Below, piece after piece: positions 41,987 to 52,425 of a stretch of DNA of 64,000 nt. Position 1 is the stretch's first letter. Every line of letters begins with the position of its first letter. The DNA lies in contig JACPTS010000001.1 of assembly GCA_016192685.1 (NCBI GenBank), positions 161,710-225,709 of the forward strand, given 5' to 3'. The notes under the pieces are model-generated. The model ran no database searches. It had not been told where the DNA came from and saw nothing but the letters and a program-made list of their open reading frames with translations. Both the position numbers and the translations under genes were made by a program. Source of the stretch: Candidatus Harrisonbacteria bacterium (GTDB lineage: Bacteria > Patescibacteriota > Minisyncoccia > UBA6257 > 02-FULL-45-10c).

Positions 41987-42223
41987 TTATAAACTATTCA
42001 AATCCGCTTCCGTGCTTTGAAGTTCTGCCTCCAAATCGCCAAAATCAGTGGCATTCAGTTCGGCTTCAATGGCAGTAGTGGTGTCATCCGCGCTAAGAGC
42101 TGGTCCGGCAATTTCCGAAACGCTGGGAGCGCTGGCTGGCCAATAGCTCCAGCCAAGCCAAGCCGCCGCGGCAATCACTGCCGCTACTACAACCCAAAGC
42201 CAAGTTTTTGATTTTTGTTCCAT
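41987..42223 (-). CDS. Small membrane-anchored acidic protein
   Basis: 78 aa, one TM, followed by hairpin/T tract ~41947-41978. Confidence 0.7.
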   Translation of the reverse strand: MEQKSKTWLWVVVAAVIAAAAWLGWSYWPASAPSVSEIAGPALSADDTTTAIEAELNATDFGDLEAELQSTEADLNSL

Positions 42224-42260
42224 GTTGTTATTTGTTGTTATTAATTGTAGTCAATTGTTT

Positions 42261-43172
42261 TTATTGTGTTGGAGCTGGCGCAGTTTCAGTATTTTGAGCC
42301 GGAGCTTCAGCAGCTTCTTCATTAACTTTTGGAACGCGACCAAGAGTCCGGGTAGCCTCAACTACCGCCCTGTGTGCTGTCTGAACTGCTTCTCTTGCCG
42401 CTTTCAAATCTTTATTCAAAGCTTCGCGGGCAGCTGCCACCGCGGATTTAAGCGCATTTTCATCAGTAATGCCAATTGGATAAGTCTTTGCAAGCTGAGC
42501 TTCAAGCGCAGTCCGGGCACTGGCAATGGCAGTTTTGGCTTTTTCTATCGCAGTTCTTACCGCGGAAACATCTTTATCATTAGCCTCGGCCTTGTCCGCG
42601 CGCGCGGAAACTTTTCCAAGCAATTCTTCCAATCTAGTCAAAGTATTTAATAAATGATTGGTTTGCTTGGCGTTGATTTCCGTAAAGCGGTTATCTAATC
42701 GCTCCGCTGCCGCTTTTTTCTTTTCATCTTTAATTTTTTCTAATTTGGATTTTAATTCGGCTTTTTGCGCCTCACGCTTAGTTTTAAATTCTTCTTTGGC
42801 GGCGTCCACTTTTTGTTTAAAGACTTCTCTTTCTTTTTGAAGATTGGCTTTAAACTCGGTCTGCGCTGTTTTTACCGCTTCTCTTTTTTTAGTCACTAAA
42901 TTTCGGACTGCTTCTTTTCCTTTAGTGGCCGCGTTTTTCAAAGCTTCTCTCTGTTCGCCGGCCGCGGTTTTGACTGCTTCCCGTTTTTCGGCGACTGCCT
43001 CTTTCACGGCCGCCTTTCTCTCCGTAACTGCGTCTTTTGCGGCTTCCCTGGCTTCTGTCGCGGCAGTATTAGATTTGGAACTGTTATAATTCTTCGTTTG
43101 CGCGAAAACCGTCAAGCCATTGGCAGCAACTAAACTAGTTACTAAAATGCTGTTTATAATTAATTTTTTCAT
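42261..43172 (-). CDS. Secreted coiled-coil protein
   Basis: Signal peptide (VFA-Q), A/K/E-rich 11-aa repeats. Confidence 0.75.
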   Translation of the reverse strand: MKKLIINSILVTSLVAANGLTVFAQTKNYNSSKSNTAATEAREAAKDAVTERKAAVKEAVAEKREAVKTAAGEQREALKNAATKGKEAVRNLVTKKREAVKTAQTEFKANLQKEREVFKQKVDAAKEEFKTKREAQKAELKSKLEKIKDEKKKAAAERLDNRFTEINAKQTNHLLNTLTRLEELLGKVSARADKAEANDKDVSAVRTAIEKAKTAIASARTALEAQLAKTYPIGITDENALKSAVAAAREALNKDLKAAREAVQTAHRAVVEATRTLGRVPKVNEEAAEAPAQNTETAPAPTQ

Positions 43173-43181
43173 ATATAAACA

Positions 43182-44540
43182 TTATAACACGCGCATTAAA
43201 ACTTTAGTCAATCGGTCAATTTCAGCTTTGGTAGTCGGCCGGCCGAAAGTGAATCGCAGACTGCTCATCGCCCGCTCTTCACTATGCCCCATAGCAGTTA
43301 AAACATGCGACGGCTGGCAGGTACGCGCAGTACAGGCGGATCCCGGAGAAACCGCGAAACCGGCCAAATCTAATTTGATAAGCAATTCTTGCGCCGCACT
43401 GCCTGGAAAATAAAAATTAAGATTATTCGGATTTCTTTTTTCCAAATCTTCCGGACCGTTCAATTTTGCTTTGGGCGCGATTTTTTTCATCCGCGCCAAA
43501 AAATACTCCTGCAATTTCCGCAATCTCTTATTTTCTGAATTTCTTGATTTCTCAACCAATTCCACTGCTTTTCCAAATCCGACAATGGCCGGCACATTTT
43601 CTGTCCCGCCCCGCAAGCCGTATTCTTGTTGGTTACCACCGGTAATAATCGGATGAAGCATAAAACTTGAAGCATGAAACATTTCTTTTTGTTTCAAGTT
43701 ACGTGTTTCATGTTTCATGAAAAGTGCGCCAGCTCCTTTTGGCCCATAAATTTTTTGCGCCGATAGCGTCAGTAAATCCACGCCCAACTCATTAACATCG
43801 CAATTTAAATAATTGAAAGCTTGGACGGCATCGGTGTGCAGCAATGGATATGCCATTGCTGAACTTTTAACATTTAACTTTTGACTTTTAACTTCTCTAA
43901 AATTTCGGATAATCTCCGAAATTTTAGAGATTGGCTGAATAATTCCCACTTCATTATTCACATACATCGCGGAAACTAAAATAGTCCGCTCGTCCAACGC
44001 ATCTTTCAGCTTTTTCAAATCCACTAATCCATTTTTATCTACAGGCAGATAAACCACCTCTACGCCGTCTTTCTCTAAGTCTCGCGCGGTTTCTAAAATA
44101 GAATCGTGCTCAATAGAAGAAACAATTATTTTAGGTAAAAATGGTTCAGCTGTTTTCGTGCGGAAACTACGGAGCTCCGATTTGCTTGGTTCCGCCGAAG
44201 GCGGAAAATCGGAGCGAGGCGTAGCGGGCTCTCGCCGCTGGAGCGAGAGAACCGCGGTTCCGGTAGAAAATTGCTGAACCATTTTCACCGCGCCCCGCAG
44301 CGCCAAGTTATTTGCTTCAGTTGCTGAGCTCGTAAAAATTATTTCCCGATAATTTGCGCCAATAGATTTCGCAACGATATCACGTGCCTGAAAAATCGCT
44401 GCCGAAGCTTCCTGCCCAAACCAATGCAAAGCCCCGGGATTGCCGAATTTTTTAGACCAGTACGGCTCCATCGCCTTTTTCACTCGCGAGTCCAGCGGCG
44501 TCCCAGCCGCGTAATCAAAATAATAACGTTTCAGCCTCAT
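43182..44540 (-). CDS. iscS: Cysteine desulfurase (IscS/NifS family) with in-frame repeat insertions
   Basis: YFDYAA, ATEANN, HTDAVQ, SAQKIYGPKG, GSAC. Confidence 0.85.
   Translation of the reverse strand: MRLKRYYFDYAAGTPLDSRVKKAMEPYWSKKFGNPGALHWFGQEASAAIFQARDIVAKSIGANYREIIFTSSATEANNLALRGAVKMVQQFSTGTAVLSLQRREPATPRSDFPPSAEPSKSELRSFRTKTAEPFLPKIIVSSIEHDSILETARDLEKDGVEVVYLPVDKNGLVDLKKLKDALDERTILVSAMYVNNEVGIIQPISKISEIIRNFREVKSQKLNVKSSAMAYPLLHTDAVQAFNYLNCDVNELGVDLLTLSAQKIYGPKGAGALFMKHETRNLKQKEMFHASSFMLHPIITGGNQQEYGLRGGTENVPAIVGFGKAVELVEKSRNSENKRLRKLQEYFLARMKKIAPKAKLNGPEDLEKRNPNNLNFYFPGSAAQELLIKLDLAGFAVSPGSACTARTCQPSHVLTAMGHSEERAMSSLRFTFGRPTTKAEIDRLTKVLMRVL
44138..44285 (+). repeat. ~150-nt structured element, copy A (in-frame in cysteine desulfurase)
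   Basis: Same stem/linker architecture as 46884-47033 and 63019-63168. Confidence 0.9.
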
Positions 44541-44592
44541 ATATATATGATAGCTTGAAATATTAATAAGAATAAGTTACTCTATCAACTAA

Positions 44593-45075
44593 ATGGATAA
44601 ACAATTATTTAACAGCTCTTTTGGCTTGAAATTGACCGCCGGCCAAGTCGTTCAAACCATATCAAAATTTATAGAAGAAGATCCTAAAAGGGAATATAAG
44701 ATTATTGTCGGCACGGATTCCGAAAAACGTTCGGATGATAAAGCTGACTTTGTAACGGCAATTGTAATTCACCGGGTCGGCAATGGCGGCCGTTATTTTT
44801 GGCGCCACGCGGAAGCCGCTCAAATCCATACTCTTCGCGACCGGATGTGGAAAGAAGTTATTTTTTCTTTAGAATTCAGTAAAGAATTGGTGGTGCTTTT
44901 AAAAGACGCGGGTTTGGAAAAATGCGGCTTTGAAATCCACGTGGATGTCGGCGAAAACGGCGCCACCCGTTCCATGATACAAGAACTGGTCGGGGCTATC
45001 CGCGCCAACAACTTTGAAGCCAAAACCAAACCGGAAAGCTACGCGGCCAGTAAGGTGGCGGACCGACACGTGTAA
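44593..45075 (+). CDS. RNase H-like YkuK (DUF458) family protein
   Basis: IVGTDS, VTAIVIHRVGNGG, EIHVDVG, KPESYAASKVADRH. Confidence 0.85.
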   Translation: MDKQLFNSSFGLKLTAGQVVQTISKFIEEDPKREYKIIVGTDSEKRSDDKADFVTAIVIHRVGNGGRYFWRHAEAAQIHTLRDRMWKEVIFSLEFSKELVVLLKDAGLEKCGFEIHVDVGENGATRSMIQELVGAIRANNFEAKTKPESYAASKVADRHV

Positions 45076-45077
45076 AT

Positions 45078-45641
45078 ATGGATAAATTAGTCATAGACAT
45101 TGAAACCAAAAACACTTTTCAAGATGTCGGCGGGTATCAAAACCTGACCGACCTTCTGATTTCTTTTGTCGGAGTTTACTCCTACAAACAAGACGCTTAT
45201 TTGTCTTTTTTTGAACACGAGTTAGAAGATTTAAAAAAACTGCTTCAAAACGCCGGCTTAATAATCGGCTTCAGCATTAACCGTTTTGACCTGCCGATTT
45301 TAAATAAACATTTAAACATAAATTTAAACGCTATTGATAATATAGATATTCTGGACGATATTGAAGCAAAACTCGGCCACCGGGTCGGCCTTGATTGGCT
45401 TTCGCAAACTAATTTAAAAGTTGGAAAATCAGCTCATGGACTGGACGCGATTAAATTTTATAAAGAAGGCCGGCTGGAGGACTTAAAAAACTATTGCCTG
45501 CAAGACGTAAAAATTACCAAGGATTTATACGAACTCGGCAAAAAACAGGGGCATCTTCTGGTGCCAACTAATTACGGGGCGGAAATCGCCAAGGTGGAAT
45601 TTAATTGGCAGGAACGAATGCCGTTACAGACCCTATTTTAA
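45078..45641 (+). CDS. RNase H-like 3'-5' exonuclease domain protein (YprB-like)
   Basis: VIDIET, GFSINRFD, YCLQDV. Confidence 0.8.
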   Translation: MDKLVIDIETKNTFQDVGGYQNLTDLLISFVGVYSYKQDAYLSFFEHELEDLKKLLQNAGLIIGFSINRFDLPILNKHLNINLNAIDNIDILDDIEAKLGHRVGLDWLSQTNLKVGKSAHGLDAIKFYKEGRLEDLKNYCLQDVKITKDLYELGKKQGHLLVPTNYGAEIAKVEFNWQERMPLQTLF

Positions 45642-45670
45642 AAATTAAAAAAACCGCTTTGGTTGCGGTT

Positions 45671-46000
45671 TTATTTTTTTCTCTTTTTTAAATATCTCTC
45701 TTCTAATCTTTCTATCAATTCTTTGTCCTCCAGATAATATAATTCTCCGTCATCAAGAAAAAAATTGAGAATCAATTGACCGAGGCGCAAATCGGAATTT
45801 TTTAACCAAATCTTTTCCAATCTTTGCAAAATTTCCCTGATTCGCGCCGGATTGCGCCCAGGCCCCGAATAATCTTTTTCTAATTTCTTCCAAACTTTTT
45901 CAAAGTCAGAAAAATCAGCTCGTAAACCCTGATTTTTTATCGAGCAGGTAGGCAAATGCCTATCAGCAAATCCGCAAGGACAAAAATTCTTTTTTGCCAT
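45671..46000 (-). CDS. Hypothetical protein
   Basis: SD AGGAGG; RNPARI..IL...W...DLRLGQL motif. Confidence 0.6.
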   Translation of the reverse strand: MAKKNFCPCGFADRHLPTCSIKNQGLRADFSDFEKVWKKLEKDYSGPGRNPARIREILQRLEKIWLKNSDLRLGQLILNFFLDDGELYYLEDKELIERLEERYLKKRKK

Positions 46001-46023
46001 TAAACCTCCTTCAAGAAACTAAA

Positions 46024-47421
46024 TTAGACTATAATCAACTTTTTCAGATTTTGCAACTCCTTATTTAAAATATTTTTATCCGTCGATTCTATATTCAAAC
46101 GCAATAAATTTTCTGTATTGGAGGGACGAAGATTGAACCAATAATCTGAAAACTCTATTGTAAGCCCATCTAAACTTAGAATCTGCTTTGCTCCTTGCCG
46201 ATATCTCATTTCAACTGCCCGAAGAACTTTTTCTTTATCCCGAACTTCAAAATTCAGCTCGCCGGAGCGGTAGTATCTCGGCAATTTATCCAACCAACTG
46301 GCCAAATCCCCCTTCAAGGCAGAAACAAAATTTATTACTTCAATCGCCGCTAAAATTCCGGAATCGCAGTAAAAGAATTTTTTAAAGTAGTAATGCCCGG
46401 AATGTTCCAATCCTAAAGAAGCTTTCTTCTCACGCATTAATTTTTTGAAAAAATAATGGCCGACTCGAGAAATAATCGCGCCTTTTACTTTAATGCGTTT
46501 GCTGGATACTACTCCTACCACATAAGGCGATGGAAAAAGTTTTGTTAAAATATAAGCGCTTTCGTTCGGGTCAATCCACCGGCCGCGATTATCTATAAAA
46601 AATACCCTATCTCCGTCCGCGTCAAAAATCACCCCCAGATCGGCCTTTTGTTTTTTTACTTCTTTTTCCAATTGGCCAGTTGCGCCTTTTAAAAGCGGAT
46701 TCGGCCCATGCGCCGGAAAATTCCCGTCCGGATTGTCATTTATAAAAATTGTCGTTAGTTGTTTGTTGTTAGTTGTAAGTTGCCGCAATATGCGGCCGGT
46801 TGTGCCATTGGAACAATCAAAAACCACTTTTAATTTTCGTTTGGGTTTTAAAAATTTTTTAAGAAAATAAGAATACAAGGATATATCGGATTTGCCTGCG
46901 TTTCGTACGGCAACTACGGAGCCGCCAAAAGATTGGTCTCGCCGAAGGCGAGTTTTGGCGGCGAGGCGTAGGCGCGCTCCGCCGCTGGAGCGGAGCGACG
47001 CCGGTGCCGATAGAAATGCAGGCGAAGCCGATACTAATTTCAAAATTTCCTTACCGCTGATTGGCCGCGCATTTTTACCAACTACCTTTAAACCGTTATA
47101 ATTTTTAGGATTGTGAGAAGCGGTTACCATAATCCCGCCATCGGCTTTCAATTTATTAACCAAAAAATAAAGCGTCGGGGTAGTCATAATTCCTACAGAA
47201 ATAACTTTTAACTTGTAACTTTTAACTTTTAACCCGCTAGTAACTGCTTTATATAATGTAGGTGAACTTAACCGGCCATCGCGGCCAACAATTATTTTTG
47301 CCCGCCCGCCAAAATGTTTCCCAACCGCCGCGGCGATTTGAAAAGCTGTTTCCTCATTTAATTCTTCCGGGTATTTCCCCCGGACATCGTAAGCTTTAAA
47401 AATTTTTGGTTCTATCGGCAT
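46024..47421 (-). CDS. Phosphomannomutase/phosphoglucomutase with in-frame repeat insertions
   Basis: FKAYDVRG, TASHNP, DADGDR, EHSGH, RPSNTE; ATG 47421 preferred. Confidence 0.9.
   Translation of the reverse strand: MPIEPKIFKAYDVRGKYPEELNEETAFQIAAAVGKHFGGRAKIIVGRDGRLSSPTLYKAVTSGLKVKSYKLKVISVGIMTTPTLYFLVNKLKADGGIMVTASHNPKNYNGLKVVGKNARPISGKEILKLVSASPAFLSAPASLRSSGGARLRLAAKTRLRRDQSFGGSVVAVRNAGKSDISLYSYFLKKFLKPKRKLKVVFDCSNGTTGRILRQLTTNNKQLTTIFINDNPDGNFPAHGPNPLLKGATGQLEKEVKKQKADLGVIFDADGDRVFFIDNRGRWIDPNESAYILTKLFPSPYVVGVVSSKRIKVKGAIISRVGHYFFKKLMREKKASLGLEHSGHYYFKKFFYCDSGILAAIEVINFVSALKGDLASWLDKLPRYYRSGELNFEVRDKEKVLRAVEMRYRQGAKQILSLDGLTIEFSDYWFNLRPSNTENLLRLNIESTDKNILNKELQNLKKLIIV
46884..47033 (+). 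repeat. ~150-nt structured element, copy B (in-frame in PMM)
   Basis: Covarying stems, conserved linkers. Confidence 0.9.
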
Positions 47422-47472
47422 CGCATTTAAATTATAGCTTAATGATATAATAAAATTGAATTCCGAATTGCC

Positions 47473-49563
47473 ATGACTAAAAAAAATAAGAAAAACAAGC
47501 CTGGCCAAAATTTTCCAGGAAAACTGCGGTCTTTCCGTTCCCAAATCCATCCGGAAACCGAACGGAGCATTTTAGCGGTTTTTTTCATTGCCGCCAGCGC
47601 AGTCTTAATTTTAGCCAGTTTTCATAACGCCGGCCCGGCTGGAGAATTTATTTTTAACTGGCTGACGAAATTCTTCGGGTTTGGCTATTACTTATTTCCT
47701 ACTATTTTTCTGGTTATCGCCGGAGTCTTTCTTTCCGGCGGAAAAGAAGAAAACGACCGGTCGCTGGGAATGACTTTTTTGGGCGGAACGCTTTTTATAA
47801 TTTCCGGACTCGGTTTAATTGATATCCTTTATCCGGCCAAAGGAGGCTGGATCGGAGAATGGATGGGAATGATTGAAATTCCTTTTGGTTATATTGCCGG
47901 CATTATTATCGCCGCCACCATCCTAATCTCCGCCCTGCTTTTAACTATTAATCTGCCGCTAAAATTATGGCGGCCGAAGCCGAAAATTATCATTCAAACT
48001 CCGGAACCAGAAAAACCGGCAGCCGGAGAAACTGCTTTAACTCCCAAGGAAGAAAAAAAGATAGAAGCCCCGACAATAAAAATAGAAAATCCTAAAGCCT
48101 TTTTTACTCCAAAAAAACAAATTAAAGCTTCGGCTGACGCTATTGGAAAAAACTATACTCCCCCGCCGCTTTCGCTTTTAAAATCCACCATTGAGAAACC
48201 GACAGCCGGCGATTTGCGCGCCAACGCCAACATTATTAAAAGAACTCTAGACAGTTTTGGCATTCCGGTGGAAATGGGAGAAATTTCCATCGGCCCGAAA
48301 GTTACCCGATACACCCTAAAGCCAGCCGAAGGAATAAAACTGGCGCGCATCACGGCTTTAAATCAGGACTTAGCCTTGGCGCTCGCCGCCCATCCCATCC
48401 GGATTGAAGCGCCAATCCCAGGAAAATCCCTGGTCGGCATTGAAGTGCCGAATAAATCCGCGGCCATTGTCCGTCTTGGCAGTTTAATGGCTTTTCCGGA
48501 ATTCACCGCTTCCGGCCCGCTGGGATTTATTTTGGGGCGGGATGTCAGCGGCGACCCGATTATGGCGGACATCGGCAAAATGCCGCATCTTTTGATTGCC
48601 GGTTCCACCGGTTCTGGAAAATCAGTCGCCATCCATTCTTTAATTATTTCTCTTTTATATAAAAATTCTCCGGAAACTTTAAAATTGATACTGATTGACC
48701 CGAAGCGGGTAGAACTTACTATCTATAATGAAATTCCCCATCTAATCGCTCCGGTGATTACCGACGGCAAAAAAGCGCTCGGGGTTTTCCGCTGGGCAAT
48801 TGAAGAAATGGAAAAACGGTATGAAAAACTCCAAGCCGCGGGCGCCAGAGACATTAAAAGCTATAACGCTTCCCGACCCAGCGAATCCCTGCCTTATTTA
48901 GCAATCATAGTTGATGAACTGGCGGATTTAATGGCGGCTTATGGCCGCGACGTGGAAAGCGCTATTGTCCGCCTTGCCCAAATGGCTCGCGCCACCGGAA
49001 TCCATCTGGTGCTTTCCACCCAAAGGCCGTCAGTAGAAGTTATCACCGGACTAATTAAAGCAAACATTACTTCCCGCATGGCGCTTCAAGTAGCGAGCCA
49101 AGTGGATTCCCGAACTATTCTGGATATGTCCGGAGCGGAAAAACTGCTGGGCGGCGGCGATATGCTTTTTGTTTCCGCGGAACTTTCTAAGCCCAAAAGA
49201 ATTCAGGGCGCTTACATCAGCGAAGAAGAACTCCACGCGGTTACTGATTTTATTCGCGACAACAATGAAATCTTAAAAAATGAAACCGGTGAAGAACCAG
49301 AAGATCTTAACCCGACGATCGCGGACAAATTTGATTTTGATGAATTCGCCAGCGCCGAAGAAGATGATGAATTATATGACGAGGCAGTAGCCGTTGTCCG
49401 AGAAGCCCAAAAAGCTTCGGCCTCTCTTTTACAGCGCCGACTGGCAGTCGGCTATGCCCGCGCCGCGCGCCTTTTGGACATCATGGAAGAGCGCGGCGTG
49501 GTCGGCCCAGGCGACGGCGCCAAACCGCGGGAAGTATACATTGATAAAACCGATAATTTATAA
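47473..49563 (+). CDS. ftsK: DNA translocase FtsK/SpoIIIE
   Basis: 4 TM, PHLLIAGSTGSGKS, IDPKRVE, TQRPS, gamma domain LQRRL..GYARAAR. Confidence 0.95.
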   Translation: MTKKNKKNKPGQNFPGKLRSFRSQIHPETERSILAVFFIAASAVLILASFHNAGPAGEFIFNWLTKFFGFGYYLFPTIFLVIAGVFLSGGKEENDRSLGMTFLGGTLFIISGLGLIDILYPAKGGWIGEWMGMIEIPFGYIAGIIIAATILISALLLTINLPLKLWRPKPKIIIQTPEPEKPAAGETALTPKEEKKIEAPTIKIENPKAFFTPKKQIKASADAIGKNYTPPPLSLLKSTIEKPTAGDLRANANIIKRTLDSFGIPVEMGEISIGPKVTRYTLKPAEGIKLARITALNQDLALALAAHPIRIEAPIPGKSLVGIEVPNKSAAIVRLGSLMAFPEFTASGPLGFILGRDVSGDPIMADIGKMPHLLIAGSTGSGKSVAIHSLIISLLYKNSPETLKLILIDPKRVELTIYNEIPHLIAPVITDGKKALGVFRWAIEEMEKRYEKLQAAGARDIKSYNASRPSESLPYLAIIVDELADLMAAYGRDVESAIVRLAQMARATGIHLVLSTQRPSVEVITGLIKANITSRMALQVASQVDSRTILDMSGAEKLLGGGDMLFVSAELSKPKRIQGAYISEEELHAVTDFIRDNNEILKNETGEEPEDLNPTIADKFDFDEFASAEEDDELYDEAVAVVREAQKASASLLQRRLAVGYARAARLLDIMEERGVVGPGDGAKPREVYIDKTDNL

Positions 49564-49577
49564 TAAACTGGTTATTT

Positions 49578-50225
49578 ATGGAAACTCACAAAGACCTTAA
49601 AACTTTATTGGATGACGCCCTGGAACTTCGCAATGTCAATCATGAGAGGCTGGCAGAGCTCACCGGCATTTCCGAACGCTACCTTTGGGCAATTCAAAAT
49701 CTGGAAGTTGATAAATTGCCGGCCGCTCCTTACGTCCGCGGCTATCTTAAAAAAATTTCTGAAGTCCTCCATTTAAATCACGACGAGCTTTGGGAAATGT
49801 ATAAAAAAGCCATGGAGAAAAAAACTGCCGGCCGCTATGACACTCTGCCGGCTAACCGTTTTTCTATCCGGCATTTATCCCGGAGAGAATTATTTTTATT
49901 AGGAGCCGGCGCTCTGCTGATTCTTTACCTTATAATTAACCTGCCAAGGCTAATCGGCAAACCAACTCTTGTTGTTACCAATCCAACCGCGCCGATTTTC
50001 GCGTTTTTTGAAAAAACTATTATTTTAACCGGATATTCAAACCAAAGAGACAAACTCACGGTTAATGGCGAAGAAATTTTTATTTCAAAAACCGGCGAGT
50101 TTTCCAAAGAATATTCTTTACAGCCCGGATTAAATAAGATAGAATTTAAGGCAAAGCGATTCCTGGGAAAAGAAGTTTCGGAAATTAGAGAAATAATTTA
50201 TCAACCAATCAATGGTCAAAGATAA
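49578..50225 (+). CDS. RodZ-like HTH membrane protein
   Basis: N-terminal HTH with [11 protein letters not shown], one TM, Ig-like C-terminus; between ftsK and recA. Confidence 0.75.
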   Translation: METHKDLKTLLDDALELRNVNHERLAELTGISERYLWAIQNLEVDKLPAAPYVRGYLKKISEVLHLNHDELWEMYKKAMEKKTAGRYDTLPANRFSIRHLSRRELFLLGAGALLILYLIINLPRLIGKPTLVVTNPTAPIFAFFEKTIILTGYSNQRDKLTVNGEEIFISKTGEFSKEYSLQPGLNKIEFKAKRFLGKEVSEIREIIYQPINGQR

Positions 50226-51210
50226 AAAATTAACAGAAGAAAATAAAGACTTAGAAAATCTCCTTTCCTCGTTGCAGGGAAAATTCGGCGAAGGCGCAAT
50301 AATGAAACTGGGCGACGCCAAAAAAGTAAACGTGGACGTGATTCCCACCGGTTCTTTTTCTTTGGATTTGGCATTGGGCGTCGGCGGCATACCTAAGGGA
50401 AGAATCGTAGAAATTTTCGGCCCGGAATCATCCGGCAAAACTACCCTGGCTTTAAATGTCGTTGCTCAAGCGCAAAAAAAGGGCGGCAGAGCCGCTTTTA
50501 TTGACGCCGAACACGCCATGGACCCGGATTATGCCGCCAAGCTCGGAGTTAAAATAAAAGAACTTTTAATTTCCCAGCCGGACAGCGGCGAAGAAGCCTT
50601 AAATATTTTAGAAAGCCTGGTAAAATCCGGAATGATTGATGTGGTAGTGGTGGATTCCGTAGCCGCCCTTACGCCTAAAGCGGAACTGGAAGGAGAAATG
50701 GGCGCGACTCACGTTGGTTTGCAGGCGCGGATGATGTCCCAGGCGCTGCGAAAACTTACGGCGATTTCCGCCAAATCCAACACGATGATTATTTTTATCA
50801 ATCAGCTCCGGGAAAAAATCGGCGTAATGTGGGGGTCTCCCGAAACAACGCCCGGCGGCCGAGCGCTTAAATTCTATTCTTCCGTCCGGATTGACGTGCG
50901 CCGGATCGCCCAAGTTAAAAAAGGCGACGCCGTAGTCGGCAACCGAGTCAGAGCCAAAGTGGTAAAAAATAAAGTGGCGCCGCCGTTTCGCGAAGCCGAA
51001 TTTGACATTATGTTCGGCGAAGGCATTTCTTACGAGGGCGATGTTCTTAATGCCGCCCTAAAACACGGCGCGGTTACCAAATCCGGCGCCACCTACTCTC
51101 TGGAGGGCCAAAAACTCGGCGTAGGATTTGATAAAGTAACGGAAATGCTGAAAGAAGATAAAAAACTTTTAAACGAACTTAAGAAAAAAACCGAATCAAT
51201 TTTAAAATAA
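50212..51210 (+). CDS. recA: Recombinase RecA
   Basis: [28 protein letters not shown]. Confidence 0.98.
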   Translation: MVKDKKLTEENKDLENLLSSLQGKFGEGAIMKLGDAKKVNVDVIPTGSFSLDLALGVGGIPKGRIVEIFGPESSGKTTLALNVVAQAQKKGGRAAFIDAEHAMDPDYAAKLGVKIKELLISQPDSGEEALNILESLVKSGMIDVVVVDSVAALTPKAELEGEMGATHVGLQARMMSQALRKLTAISAKSNTMIIFINQLREKIGVMWGSPETTPGGRALKFYSSVRIDVRRIAQVKKGDAVVGNRVRAKVVKNKVAPPFREAEFDIMFGEGISYEGDVLNAALKHGAVTKSGATYSLEGQKLGVGFDKVTEMLKEDKKLLNELKKKTESILK

Positions 51211-51286
51211 TTTTCCGCCAGTCTTGTAAAATTCTTTAAAAAGTTTATCATATAATTAGTCCTAAAAATCATAATGGGCGGTTAGG

Positions 51287-51580
51287 ATGAAAACCAACGG
51301 ACAACTGCCGATTCAAGAATTGGAAGAGTGCGTTAAAAAACTTCAAGAAACTGAAGACGGCAACTATATCGTCTGGGCCGCTATCGGACCGGATGATCAC
51401 TTTCTCAAAGACCAGCAAGGCAAAATTATTGCCAGCACTTCCCCAATTGATATCCAATCAAAAATAGAGGAATGTTATCCGGAATTGGCAAAAAAGAAAA
51501 CTTATCACCTTAAACCTCTGACCGAAGAATACCTGGAAAGAATTAAAACCAGAAGTATTTATCCAAGACTCCCTCATTAG
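51287..51580 (+). CDS. Hypothetical protein
   Basis: 97-aa ORF with own -10 (TATAAT) and purine-rich RBS. Confidence 0.55.
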   Translation: MKTNGQLPIQELEECVKKLQETEDGNYIVWAAIGPDDHFLKDQQGKIIASTSPIDIQSKIEECYPELAKKKTYHLKPLTEEYLERIKTRSIYPRLPH

Positions 51581-52425
51581 AGGGAGTTTAATTTGTAAAA
51601 ATTTTTAAATATCTCGGCAACTAATATCGGTCCGGTTCCGCCCGGTGTGGGAGTATAAAAGCTTAAATCATGAAGCTTAAAACTTGAAACATCTAAATCT
51701 CCGTGAATTTTTTTCGTATCTGTTTCATGTTTCATGTTACATGTTTCATCGCACAAGCTGTAGCCAAAATCAATAACGCCCGCGCCTGGCTTTAACATTT
51801 CCGGCTTTATTAAGCCGCCTTTTCCAACCGCGGTAATCACCAAATCCGCTTCTCTAATTTTTGATAAATCACTTTTGCTGTGGAAAATAATTAATTCTTT
51901 ACATTTGCCCCGCAGCCAATCCGCCATTGGTTTCCCGACCAAAAATCCCCTTCCAACCACCGCTATCACTTTAGTCTTAAGTTCATAATCTCTGGTCTGT
52001 AGTATATCTTTAACCACTTCCACTGGCAGCGGCGAAACAAATTTTTGGCTTTCCGGCGTCAGCGCGTCAATATCTTGTTTCGGGTTAATTGCGGCTAAAA
52101 CCGTGTCGCGGTTAAAATGCGGCGGCAGGGGCAATTGCACGATTAAACCGCCGATTTCAGGATCAGCGCCGATTTTCTTAATTTCCGAAATTAAATCTTC
52201 CTCTAAAATTTCATCTCCAAATTGAAATAATTCAAAAACTATTCCCAATTCTTTAGCCATCAGTTCTTTCTGCCGCAAAAAACTTTTGGACTGCGCCGCT
52301 TGAGGTGAGCCCGTCGAACCAACTAAAATCGCGGCCAGAATTTTATTTGGTTTTGATAATTTTTTTAAATCTGAAATAATATCACTTGCTAATTTTTTAC
52401 CGTCAATTACCATGCGATTTTCCAT
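51577..52425 (-). CDS. folD: Methylene-THF dehydrogenase/cyclohydrolase FolD
   Basis: IDGK, IVQLPLP, GRGFLVGKP, TPTPGGTGP. Confidence 0.9.
   Translation of the reverse strand: MENRMVIDGKKLASDIISDLKKLSKPNKILAAILVGSTGSPQAAQSKSFLRQKELMAKELGIVFELFQFGDEILEEDLISEIKKIGADPEIGGLIVQLPLPPHFNRDTVLAAINPKQDIDALTPESQKFVSPLPVEVVKDILQTRDYELKTKVIAVVGRGFLVGKPMADWLRGKCKELIIFHSKSDLSKIREADLVITAVGKGGLIKPEMLKPGAGVIDFGYSLCDETCNMKHETDTKKIHGDLDVSSFKLHDLSFYTPTPGGTGPILVAEIFKNFYKLNSL

Noticed and set aside
47422-47550. N-terminal extension of PMM given by ORF track
   Set aside because: Overlaps divergent ftsK start; family homology begins at MPIEPKIFKAYDVRG (47421) with TATAAT just upstream
50212-51210. Intein or intron in recA
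   Set aside because: 332 aa, colinear with ordinary RecA
20625-51748. Short repeat arrays as CRISPR
   Set aside because: Units are 7-9 nt, contiguous, without spacers; no cas genes in window
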